From positions 5,472 to 69,471 of IMG/VR virus record IMGVR_UViG_2974690805_000001: a DNA stretch of 64,000 nucleotides, one strand, 5' to 3'. The stretch is from a virus. Lineage: Duplodnaviria > Caudoviricetes. The notes under the pieces were generated by a model. It did not search any database and was not told the DNA's origin. It was given only the letters and a program-made list of their open reading frames with translations. The translations under genes were made by a program, and so were the position numbers. How positions within the stretch are numbered: position 1 is the first letter of the stretch; each line of letters begins with the position of its first letter. Positions 27,980 through 36,466 of the stretch are shown piece after piece.

Positions 27980-28743
27980 CCGAGCCGTTCCCCTGCGTCG
28001 ACCCCGATCACTTCCTCGTCAACGATGACGGGTCGATCACGCCGCAGCCGTGGATGCAGTGGCGCAGCGTCGGCAGCGTCGAGGCACCGAGCAAGTCGGG
28101 CAGCTACGGCGTCACGATCAGCAGCGGCGGCCTCGGCGGCGACGGCATCTTCTCGGTCATCAGCAATCTGTTCGGCGGGCTGTTCGACTTCCTGCCGACG
28201 ATCTTCGGCGGGCGCAGCCCGTTCGCGATCCCGCTCGCGGTCGCGCAGACGACCTCGGCGGGCGGCAACAAAAACGACCTGCTGCACGCCCTGCAACTCG
28301 GTTGGACGAACAACACGCCGGTCGCTCAGTGGGTCTACGGCACGATCACCCGAGGCGGCGCTCGGGTGACGTTGCAGGCACGCAGCCGCGGCGGGCTGGT
28401 CGTGATGAGCGGCTACAACCTCGCCCTCGGCGATCCCGGCAAGCTCGCCCCGGCCTCGATGTTCGGCGTCGGTGCTGATCTCGCCCGCTCGGGCACGCTG
28501 GCGATCGGCACCAGCTTCTGCGTCGCCGAGCAGCGGATGAACAGCGTCACGATCCCGCTCGCGCCCGAGCGTGCGGGCTGGCAGCGCGTCGAGCCGGGCC
28601 AGACGATCACCGCTCGGGTCGAGTTGCGCTTCGTGTCCGAGTTCTGGGAAAACACCTCGATCGACGGCGGCGACAGCGGCAGCGAGTCGAGCTACGAGAC
28701 AGGGGCGACGCGGCTCGATCTGTTCGCCGTGCCGGTAATCTGA
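27976..28743 (+). CDS. minor tail protein
   Basis: ATGA overlap; PCVDPDHF; WTNNTP motif. Confidence 0.7.
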   Translation: MTEPFPCVDPDHFLVNDDGSITPQPWMQWRSVGSVEAPSKSGSYGVTISSGGLGGDGIFSVISNLFGGLFDFLPTIFGGRSPFAIPLAVAQTTSAGGNKNDLLHALQLGWTNNTPVAQWVYGTITRGGARVTLQARSRGGLVVMSGYNLALGDPGKLAPASMFGVGADLARSGTLAIGTSFCVAEQRMNSVTIPLAPERAGWQRVEPGQTITARVELRFVSEFWENTSIDGGDSGSESSYETGATRLDLFAVPVI

Positions 28744-28782
28744 GCAGTAACCCGACACCGCCTGCGAAGGGACTGCCCGAGG

Positions 28783-29157
28783 ATGTACGACCCGCCGCCC
28801 GGCTATGACGACTGCGAGGACGACGCCGAGCGATATGCCAGCGTCACGCCGATCACCGCGGCCTACCGCGAGATCGACGTGCCCGGCGTCGGCACCTTCC
28901 ACGCCCGCCGACCGATGCCGAACTCGATCCCGGCGCTGGCGAAGGCTGCGTCGGCGAAGATTCCCGAGCGCACCCGCATCGACCAACTCGACCTGTTCGT
29001 GCAGAACCACCTCGCGCCGGGCGAGTTTGAAACACTGCTCGCCCGCATGATGGACCCCGACGAGACGGTGCCCGCCGACTCGGTTCTTCGGGTGAGTCGG
29101 GCGATTGCGACGGCTGGCACTGCCCGCCCTACACGGCGGTCATTAGCCTCGCGCTAA
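28783..29157 (+). CDS. tail assembly chaperone paralog (G-like)
   Basis: LFVQNHLAPGEFETLLARMMDPDE aligns with LFMAKHLSPESYGRVMFRMMDPDD of 12132-12857. Confidence 0.7.
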   Translation: MYDPPPGYDDCEDDAERYASVTPITAAYREIDVPGVGTFHARRPMPNSIPALAKAASAKIPERTRIDQLDLFVQNHLAPGEFETLLARMMDPDETVPADSVLRVSRAIATAGTARPTRRSLASR

Positions 29158-29468
29158 TGGCCGCGCACAACTGGCGACTGGTGCGATCGAAGGTGCGCGA
29201 CAAAGGGATCGCGGTGCCGATGAGCTTGCCGTCGATGCACGACATCCTCGACGTCGCCGAGGAAATCGCGATCGAGGGCGAGGCGCAGAGCGCCCGCAAA
29301 CCCGAGGAAGCGAAGCGGGCCGTCGAGCGGTACTTCGACCGGCTCTACGCGCCCGACAGCGCCGACGCGATCCTCGTCAACGGCGACGGGTACCGACCGC
29401 CGCCGCCGGGCTTCGATGAGGAATCGCAAGAGGCGAGCTTCGACGCCTTCCTCGCGGCCACACGCTGA
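29130..29468 (+). CDS. chaperone extension (T-like), probably reached by -1 frameshift; annotated ATG at 29157
   Basis: The -1 frame is open upstream of ATG 29157 with GC3-rich codons YTAVISLAL. Confidence 0.55.
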   Translation, partial: YTAVISLALMAAHNWRLVRSKVRDKGIAVPMSLPSMHDILDVAEEIAIEGEAQSARKPEEAKRAVERYFDRLYAPDSADAILVNGDGYRPPPPGFDEESQEASFDAFLAATR

Positions 29469-29485
29469 GCCGTTACGCTGGCATC

Positions 29486-29896
29486 ATGGCGATCACACAG
29501 GTCGGCTTTGACACGTCGAAGCCAATCGGGCAGCGCCTCGATCCCGACATGCAGGCCGAGGTCAAGGCGCTGTCGCCGACCGAGGTCGATGACGGCGACA
29601 TCACCGAGCCGAAGATCGCGCCTGACGCGGTCACCCGAGACAAGATCGCGCCCGGCGCAGTCGGCAAGACCGAACTCGGGCAGGACGCCGTCGAGGCACC
29701 GCACCTCGCCGACGGCGCAGTCGGCACGCCCGCGCTGGCCGCGAACTCGGTGACCGCCGAGAAGGCGGGCGTCGGCGTCGTGACGATCACCGACGCGAAC
29801 GGCAACCCGGTCGAGTTGACCCTGACGATGATGACGCAGGCGGCGTATGACGCCCTCGATGAGCCTGACCCGAACTTCGGCTACCTGCTGTACTGA
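29486..29896 (+). CDS. tail-fibre-like protein
   Basis: Repeated IAxxAVxxxK units; C-terminal MTQAAYDAL..DPNFGYLLY. Confidence 0.65.
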   Translation: MAITQVGFDTSKPIGQRLDPDMQAEVKALSPTEVDDGDITEPKIAPDAVTRDKIAPGAVGKTELGQDAVEAPHLADGAVGTPALAANSVTAEKAGVGVVTITDANGNPVELTLTMMTQAAYDALDEPDPNFGYLLY

Positions 29897-31077
29897 TGAC
29901 GATCCGACTTCCCCTGCCCGGTCAGCCTCCGGTCGTCGCGATCAAAGTCGGCACGACCGACGTCAAGCAGTTCCGCATCGGCCAGACTCTCTACTGGTCG
30001 AAGTCGAGCGTGCGCGACCCCTTCGACCTCGACGGCTGGCTGCAAGGATGGATCAACGAGCTACAGAAGCTCGGCGGGCTGTTCGTCAACCCGTTCGGCG
30101 AACTGTTCGGCTCGATGGGCGACGAGTCGCCGCTCGGCTGGCTGGTCAACTTCACGCCCGGCAACTCGATCCTCGGCAGCCCCGGCACGCTCATCAGCGG
30201 CGTCGGCAACCTTGAAGACGCCTACTGCGCCGCGGTCGGCACCGTCGCCGACATCACTCGGGGCGACATCCCCGAGGGGCTGATCGGTCTGATCAACGGC
30301 CTGCCGATCATCGGCGAGGGCGGGCGCGAGTTGATCGAGGAACTGCTCGACTTCATCTTCGGCGGCGGCGACCCGGTGACGAACATCCTGTCGATCGTCG
30401 GGCAGGTGCCGATCGTGGGCGAACTCGGCGTCATGCTCGGCCTGCTGCCGAAGGCCGACGGCACCTTCAACGACCCGGTGAACTTCATCGTTGACGCCGC
30501 GGGCGAGGTCATCGGCAAGATCACCTGCGGCGAGTGGCAGCCCAACGAGGGCACTGGCGGCGAGATGAACTTCGTGATCGGCGTGCAAGACGCCGCCGCT
30601 CGGATGTTCATCCCCGACGGGCTGGTCGGCATCGGCAAGCAGACCTCGCGATTCCGGCACCCGGCGCAGACCGTCGGCGACGACGGCTGGCTTGAGGTGC
30701 AGATCGACCAGATCGGCAGCCCCGGCTACGCGACGCAGGTCTTCCGGCGGTGGGCCAACGCTGGCGGCGCGAGCGGCGTCGGGATGGACTTCCGCGACGG
30801 CGTGGCCTCGATCGTGCGCCGCGTCGGCGGCACCGACACGATCATCCGGCCCGGCCTCGCCGCGATCGCCTCGGGCGACGTCTTCCGGCTGCACCAGGAA
30901 GGCAACTTGCACACGCTCATCAGGAACGGCAAGCCGGTCGGCGAGTGGCCCGACGACGCGGCGACGGCGGCGAAGGGCGCAGCGAACCGCTCGGTTGCGA
31001 TGGTCATGCAGGGCGCTCGCGAGCTTATGGGCGTGCGCCGGTACTCGCCGAGCCTCAACTACCTCGACGCGGCCTGA
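29896..31077 (+). CDS. minor tail protein
   Basis: TGATG overlap; last gene of virion operon. Confidence 0.7.
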   Translation: MTIRLPLPGQPPVVAIKVGTTDVKQFRIGQTLYWSKSSVRDPFDLDGWLQGWINELQKLGGLFVNPFGELFGSMGDESPLGWLVNFTPGNSILGSPGTLISGVGNLEDAYCAAVGTVADITRGDIPEGLIGLINGLPIIGEGGRELIEELLDFIFGGGDPVTNILSIVGQVPIVGELGVMLGLLPKADGTFNDPVNFIVDAAGEVIGKITCGEWQPNEGTGGEMNFVIGVQDAAARMFIPDGLVGIGKQTSRFRHPAQTVGDDGWLEVQIDQIGSPGYATQVFRRWANAGGASGVGMDFRDGVASIVRRVGGTDTIIRPGLAAIASGDVFRLHQEGNLHTLIRNGKPVGEWPDDAATAAKGAANRSVAMVMQGARELMGVRRYSPSLNYLDAA

Positions 31078-31280
31078 GCGCGGCGCTGCGGGCGCTGTAC
31101 GGCCCGCTGCCGCTCGATCTCGGCCTGCTTGCGCATCAGGGCCAGACCGAGGAACACGCCGCCGAGAAGGGCGCAGGCGAAGCCGTCGGTCATCTTGGTC
31201 GCACCGACGAGCATCAGCACGCCGACCGTGGCGAGGAACCACGGCGCGGCGGTGCTGAGCGTCGGCTGCCAGCGGTACAT
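31059..31280 (-). CDS. small membrane protein
   Basis: Two TM segments, basic tail. Confidence 0.7.
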   Translation of the reverse strand: MYRWQPTLSTAAPWFLATVGVLMLVGATKMTDGFACALLGGVFLGLALMRKQAEIERQRAVQRPQRRAQAASR

Positions 31281-31490
31281 CTACTGCGCCCGCGGGCCGT
31301 GCCAGCCGCGACCGGGGCGCGAAGCAATCCACGCCTCGACCGTCTCGGGCAGCCAGCCGCGCTTACCGCCGACCTCGGCGTCGTGGGGCGGCAACTGGCT
31401 GTGATCGAGCGAGCGGCGCGACTTGAGGCCGAGGCGCTCGGCGATCTGGCTCGCGCTCATGTAGATCGCGACCTGTCGTGGCTGCGTCAT
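31281..31490 (-). CDS. excisionase/AlpA-like HTH DNA-binding protein
   Basis: YMSASQIAERLGL...LPPHDAEVGGKRGWLPETVEAW; GAAAGG RBS. Confidence 0.75.
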   Translation of the reverse strand: MTQPRQVAIYMSASQIAERLGLKSRRSLDHSQLPPHDAEVGGKRGWLPETVEAWIASRPGRGWHGPRAQ

Positions 31491-31867
31491 GCTGACCTTT
31501 CGTTCGGCTGTTCCCCGACAAGGGTAAGTGATGCGGGTGCGTTCGCGATGACGACGGCGCGGCGGGCGATCGAGCGTTCCCACTCGCGACGCGGGTCGGT
31601 GTCGACGGTGATCGTCGGGCCGTCGCCGCCGGGCCAAGTCTCGATCGTCTCGATCAGGTGGTCGACCTTGTCATCGAACTCGGCGACGACCTTCTCGATC
31701 GAGTCGATCAGGCCGGGCGGGCACTGGTCGACGCTGTTCTCGACGCGCTGGTAGCTGCGGCGGTCCATCCCGAGGCGCTTCGCCATACCGCGCTGCGACA
31801 GACCGAGGTAGGCGCGGTGCGCCGCGATCAGTTCGCCGTAGCCGTCGGCGTAGGTTGCGGGCTTCAT
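31487..31867 (-). CDS. XRE-family HTH DNA-binding protein
   Basis: HRAYLGLSQRGMAKRLGMDRRSYQRVE. Confidence 0.8.
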   Translation of the reverse strand: MKPATYADGYGELIAAHRAYLGLSQRGMAKRLGMDRRSYQRVENSVDQCPPGLIDSIEKVVAEFDDKVDHLIETIETWPGGDGPTITVDTDPRREWERSIARRAVVIANAPASLTLVGEQPNERSA

Positions 31868-31943
31868 GGTCTGTGGTTCCTGTCTGTGATGTTGGCCCCG
31901 GCCCGCTGTGGTGCGGGCCGGGGCGGTGGTCAAGGGCGGTCGG

Positions 31944-32756
31944 TCACCAGCCGACCTTGCGGGCGCAGACCGGGCCGATGCCGCGCTCGCGGCTGTCATC
32001 GTTGGTCAACTGCCGACCGCAGATGCCGCACTCGCCGATCTCGTGACCGTAGCGGGCGCTCGCGGCCTCGGCACCGACCTCGGCGATCCGGTCGATGATC
32101 TTGTGACCCTGCGCCTTGCCGAGGCGCTGCTCGTCGTCGCCGACGATGTGCTTGACGAAGACGAAGCCTGCCCACTTGCCCGACTCGGGGCGGTCGACCC
32201 GGTAGAAGGCGACCTCGTTGATCGCGCCCTCGGCGGTGTCGATCGCGTAGCGACCGGCGGGCACCTCGTCGCTGCGGTAGCTGGTGACCTCGGGCGCAGC
32301 CGCGGCGGCGATCTTGTCGATCGCCTCGCTGCGATCGAACGCCGCCTCGACCTCGCGAGCCTGCGACTTGAAGGGCTGCGCGGCCAGCCACTCGATCAGC
32401 TTCGACGCGCCCTGCTTGGTCAGCACCGCGTAGGCGAACTCGTAGCCGGGGCGGGCATCGGCGACGAGCAGGGCGAGCACCCGGTTGACCCGAACGCCGA
32501 GGTCGGCGTCGTCGGCGACGGCGGCACGAAGCGCGGCGTTGTCGGCGGGCACCGGAATCTCGCCGGTCACGAAGGCGAAGACGACGTGCAGCGCGGCGAC
32601 GCGGCTGACGTACTTCGGCTGATCGGCGACGTTCGCGTCGCTGTTCCAAGCGCGGTCGCGGATCATCGGCACGATCGCCCGCTCGATCTGAGCGGCGGTC
32701 GCGGGCGTGACGAACTGGTCAGCGGCCTCGGGCTGGTGCATGAACGGAGTTCCCAT
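31944..32756 (-). CDS. hypothetical protein with C-terminal DUF6011-like zinc motif (cassette gene 4)
   Basis: CGICGRQLTNDDSRERGIGPVC; ATG 32756 follows GAGGAAGG of repeat element. Confidence 0.75.
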   Translation of the reverse strand: MGTPFMHQPEAADQFVTPATAAQIERAIVPMIRDRAWNSDANVADQPKYVSRVAALHVVFAFVTGEIPVPADNAALRAAVADDADLGVRVNRVLALLVADARPGYEFAYAVLTKQGASKLIEWLAAQPFKSQAREVEAAFDRSEAIDKIAAAAAPEVTSYRSDEVPAGRYAIDTAEGAINEVAFYRVDRPESGKWAGFVFVKHIVGDDEQRLGKAQGHKIIDRIAEVGAEAASARYGHEIGECGICGRQLTNDDSRERGIGPVCARKVGW

Positions 32757-32826
32757 TTCTACCTTCCTCGGCGGGTCCATCCCGCCTCACACGAACGAAG
32801 TTACCCGACGCCGTCGGTAATGTCAA
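32757..32826 (-). promoter_or_regulatory. repeat promoter element, copy 4
   Basis: -35 at 32821-32826, CGACGGCGTCG, hairpin 32770-32786. Confidence 0.92.
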
Positions 32827-32862
32827 ACCCTAATCCGACCGAGTTCACCGACACCGCGTAGC

Positions 32863-34428
32863 GTGGCCTTCGTGGGATGGGTTTGGAAGGCTGACCAGCC
32901 GCTGCGCACGCCCGAGGAAATCGCTCGCGAGGTCTACGCCGTCGCGGTGCAGCGCAAGCTGCCCGACCCGAAGCTCGCCGCGGTGCTCGACCTGATGTGT
33001 ATCCGGCAAGAGTCGGACTACTGGTGCCCTTGGAACCGTCGCGACCCGTCGAGCCAGAAGTACGAACACGACAGCGAGTCAGACGACGGGCGCAGCGTCG
33101 GCTATCACCAGTCGCAGAACGGTCGGCCCGGCGAGGTGCTGCCGCCCGGCGATCCCGACAACTGGTGGGGTCCGATGTCGTGCCGCATGGACTTGCGATG
33201 CTCGGCCAACAGCTTCCTTGAGCGGCTCAGCGACGACTACACGCAGGCCGCGGGCGACCCGTACCGGGCCGCGCAGTTCATCCAAAACGTGCAGCGGTCG
33301 TACTGGAACGGTGACCCCGGTCATCCCGGCTACTACGGCAAGCACTGGCATTTCGCGTGGTCGCTGCTCGACCGGGCGCTCGCCGAGGGCGTCGTGCCGA
33401 TCATCGACACCGAGGGCGGCGCGACACCGCCGCCTGCGCCGAGCCTGCTGCGGCCCGACCCGCGGTGGCGCGGCGACCCGGTGTGGCTGCCCGAGGTGCT
33501 GCGGGCGTTCGGGGTCGACGTCTACGAGGCCGAGGGCGCTCGGGTGCGCGGGCACGGCGACTTCGGCGCGATCCCCTATGTGGTCTGGCACCACACCGGC
33601 AACCGCAACGAGACAGAGCGCGGCATCACGCATCACCCGGCGCTCGGGCTGTGTGCGAACCTGCTCGTCTTCCCCGACGGGCGAACCTGCTTCACCGGGG
33701 CGGGCGTCGCGTGGCACGGCGGGCCGGGCATCTATCCCGGCGTGCCCGAGGATGCGATCAATCAGATCAGCATCGGGATCGAGTGCGCTCACAGCGGCGC
33801 ATCGGGCGACCCCTGGCCCGCGGCGCAGATGCAGGCGATGATCAACATCGGCGGCGCTATTTCGTGGTTCCTCGGCAATCAGTGCCCGCCCGATCACCAG
33901 ATCGCACACAAGGAATGGGCCGGTCGCGAAAATCCCCTCGGGATCAACAAGCAGGGCAAGCCTGATCCGGTCGACATCGACATGCGGTGGTTCCGCGGAG
34001 AAATTGCCCGCCGAGCAGCGGCGGGTCCGAACGAAGGAAGTGACCCCTTGAGCAATCCCGATGTGGTCAAGATGATCGCCGAGATTCACCGCGAGACGGT
34101 GACGCAGAAGTCGCCGAGCCGGGCCGGGCTGGCGACCGACGGCGCGAAGGTCGACACGCCGCTCGGCATCGAGTGGAACACCGACGGCAACGTCTGGGAT
34201 ATGAAGCTGACGCTCGCCTATCTGTTCGACGTGCCCTACGCCGTCGAGGTGGTCGAGCACGTCGCCGAGCACGGTGTCTATCCCGACACCTACGCGGCCA
34301 ACCGCGACGACGGCGGCTGGCTGGCCGGTCTGACGCAGGACTACGCCGCCGGGCTGGTCAGCTTCAAGCAGCGCGTGCAGGCCGTCCTCGCGGCGCTGAG
34401 CGCCCCGCAGCAGGGCGGCGACGAGTAA
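32863..34428 (+). CDS. lysA: lysin A (endolysin) with central amidase-2 domain
   Basis: VVWHHTG..AWHGG..SIGIE..AHKEWA..KPDP amidase motifs; N-terminal CIRQES...YHQS domain. Confidence 0.9.
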   Translation: MAFVGWVWKADQPLRTPEEIAREVYAVAVQRKLPDPKLAAVLDLMCIRQESDYWCPWNRRDPSSQKYEHDSESDDGRSVGYHQSQNGRPGEVLPPGDPDNWWGPMSCRMDLRCSANSFLERLSDDYTQAAGDPYRAAQFIQNVQRSYWNGDPGHPGYYGKHWHFAWSLLDRALAEGVVPIIDTEGGATPPPAPSLLRPDPRWRGDPVWLPEVLRAFGVDVYEAEGARVRGHGDFGAIPYVVWHHTGNRNETERGITHHPALGLCANLLVFPDGRTCFTGAGVAWHGGPGIYPGVPEDAINQISIGIECAHSGASGDPWPAAQMQAMINIGGAISWFLGNQCPPDHQIAHKEWAGRENPLGINKQGKPDPVDIDMRWFRGEIARRAAAGPNEGSDPLSNPDVVKMIAEIHRETVTQKSPSRAGLATDGAKVDTPLGIEWNTDGNVWDMKLTLAYLFDVPYAVEVVEHVAEHGVYPDTYAANRDDGGWLAGLTQDYAAGLVSFKQRVQAVLAALSAPQQGGDE

Positions 34429-35627
34429 TGGCGCATGACGAGGCCGGGCGGTGGATCGGGTACGGCCCCGGCGACATCAGCCCCGAGTGCGAGAAGATCG
34501 ACCGCCGCCTCGCGCTGGCATACCCGCAGCGGTCACACGCCCGCGAGCACGGCGTCGTGGTCGATCAGGTCTTCGATCAGCGCACCGCCGACGCGCTGGT
34601 CGATCTGGTCGAGTTCATGAACAGCGACCAGCGCGAGCGCGAGCGCCTGCTCAAGCTCGGCGTGAAGCTGCCGATGCGTACCGACGGCATCGCCGACCTC
34701 AACGTGCGCCGCGGCATCGGTGCCTATGTCGACCCGCCGAAGGTCGCGCCCCGGCAGAAGTATCCATGTCAGGGCGTCTGGGCCGACTCGCGGGCGTTCC
34801 TCAACCCGCCTGACGCGCACAGCTTTGAGAAGGCGACCGACGACTTCGCCCGCGAGGGGCTGCGGCTGTACGGCATGACCGTCGGTCAGCCGATATGGGT
34901 GCTCGGCTACTCGATGGGCGGCACCTCGACGCAGAAGTTCCTGTCGCGGCTTCATCCCGACTGGCGGCAGTTCGTCGTCGGCGTGACGACCTTCGGCGAC
35001 CCGGCGATGCCCGCCGAGGGCAGCCTGCTCGGCAACGATCCCGGCGAGGGCATCAGCAAGCAGCCACAGCCGGAATGGGTGCGCGACCGCTACTGGTCGT
35101 ACTCGATCGACGGCGACTGGTACCCGCGGGCGCGAGGGCTGCTGTTCCTGCTCTACAAGATTCTGACGAGGGCCGAGTTGAGCCTCGACTTCGCGATGTA
35201 TCTGTTCACCGAGTTCCCGACGCAGGCGATGCAGGAACTCATGGGCATCGAGCCGCCGAGCAGCGACGACCCGATCGACCGGGCGCTCAACGGCGTGCTG
35301 CGCCCGCTGGCCGGGCTGCTGACCTCGGGGCCGCTCGGCGCGATCGGCAGCCTGCTCAATCCGCTGGCGATGCTGAGCGTGCTGCCCGATCTGGTGAGCC
35401 TGCTGTTCGACGCGATCAAGTTCATCGCGACGAACGCGCACGGCAAGTATGCCGACCCCGCGGTGCGGCTGTGGGACGGCATGACGGCGGTCGATCACGC
35501 CGCGACGACAATCCGGCGCGTGGCCCCGCAGGGCTGCACGCTATACCTGTTCCCCGGCACTTGGTCGAACTGGAATCAGCTTTTCCAGTTCGACGTTTGG
35601 GTGCGGCTGAGCGGTGATGTGATCTAG
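34428..35627 (+). CDS. lysB: lysin B (cutinase-like mycolylarabinogalactan esterase)
   Basis: TAATG overlap; GYSMG nucleophile motif, TFGDP, DWYP. Confidence 0.85.
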   Translation: MAHDEAGRWIGYGPGDISPECEKIDRRLALAYPQRSHAREHGVVVDQVFDQRTADALVDLVEFMNSDQRERERLLKLGVKLPMRTDGIADLNVRRGIGAYVDPPKVAPRQKYPCQGVWADSRAFLNPPDAHSFEKATDDFAREGLRLYGMTVGQPIWVLGYSMGGTSTQKFLSRLHPDWRQFVVGVTTFGDPAMPAEGSLLGNDPGEGISKQPQPEWVRDRYWSYSIDGDWYPRARGLLFLLYKILTRAELSLDFAMYLFTEFPTQAMQELMGIEPPSSDDPIDRALNGVLRPLAGLLTSGPLGAIGSLLNPLAMLSVLPDLVSLLFDAIKFIATNAHGKYADPAVRLWDGMTAVDHAATTIRRVAPQGCTLYLFPGTWSNWNQLFQFDVWVRLSGDVI

Positions 35628-35708
35628 TCGCCGACGGCGGTCAGTGTTCTACTCGCTTGACGAGGCCGTACCCTTGAGGTCGGCCTTCGTGGTTGTGGGC
35701 CAGCGCAG

Positions 35709-35744
35709 CGAAGCCCCGGTGTTGTCGGGAACACCGGGGCTTCG
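35709..35744. terminator. bidirectional terminator between genome arms
   Basis: cgaagccccggtgtt-gtcggg-aacaccggggcttcg. Confidence 0.85.
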
Positions 35745-35756
35745 TCGTGCGAGGGG

Positions 35757-36398
35757 CTACTTCGCCGCGAGCGCCTTGCGCACCTCGGCGTAGATCGCCT
35801 TATCCTCGTCGGTCGCCTGCACCAGGATCACAGGCGGCGACTGGCCGACCTTCTTCTGGCCCAACTCGATGCGACCGATCAGCCACGGAATGTCGCGATC
35901 GAGGGCACGCTTGCCCTCGCGCACCAGCGGCTTGTTGAAGACGAGCACGTCCTCGATGCGCTCGCCGATCTGGTACGGCTCGCACGTCTCGACCTCGCCG
36001 TCCTTGTTGAGCACGGCGTACTCGTCGCCCTGCACGACGACCGGCGAGCGGGTGACGCTGCCTTCCTCGGGCACGGTCAGCGGGATGATGTCGAACCGGA
36101 CATACTCGCTCTGCGGGTTTTCCGGCGTGTTGCTCGACGTCTTCATGAAGCCCGTCTCGGTCGGGTGCATCAGCACCAACTGACCCATGAAGTAGATCGG
36201 CTTCATGCCGCTGACGCCGCTCGGGTCGGCGATCCCGGCGTTGTCGGCGAACGGGTCGCCCTTGCGCGGCGCGGGCACCTTCGTCGGCTCATCCTCGCCG
36301 ATGTTGGTCACCTCGTCGGGCATGTCGCTGCCCTTCGACGCGGTCTTGCTGGCGGTGGCGGTGCCGCCGCCCTTCTTATTGAACGGGCTATCAGCCAC
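35757..36398 (-). CDS. hypothetical protein (possible ssDNA-binding/recombination)
   Basis: GGAAGG RBS, GTG start; lies after exonuclease; function from context only. Confidence 0.6.
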   Translation of the reverse strand: MADSPFNKKGGGTATASKTASKGSDMPDEVTNIGEDEPTKVPAPRKGDPFADNAGIADPSGVSGMKPIYFMGQLVLMHPTETGFMKTSSNTPENPQSEYVRFDIIPLTVPEEGSVTRSPVVVQGDEYAVLNKDGEVETCEPYQIGERIEDVLVFNKPLVREGKRALDRDIPWLIGRIELGQKKVGQSPPVILVQATDEDKAIYAEVRKALAAK

Positions 36399-36466
36399 GA
36401 TCGTTACCTTCCGGTTGTGCGGTGCGCGTGCGGGTTTGCGTGCGCGTTTTCTGGTGTCTGCTGTGG

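Noticed and set aside
31281-31867. Lysogeny module (excisionase plus repressor)
   Set aside because: No integrase, attP or divergent cI/cro pair seen in the window; part of the genome lies outside it, so temperate status cannot be fully excluded.
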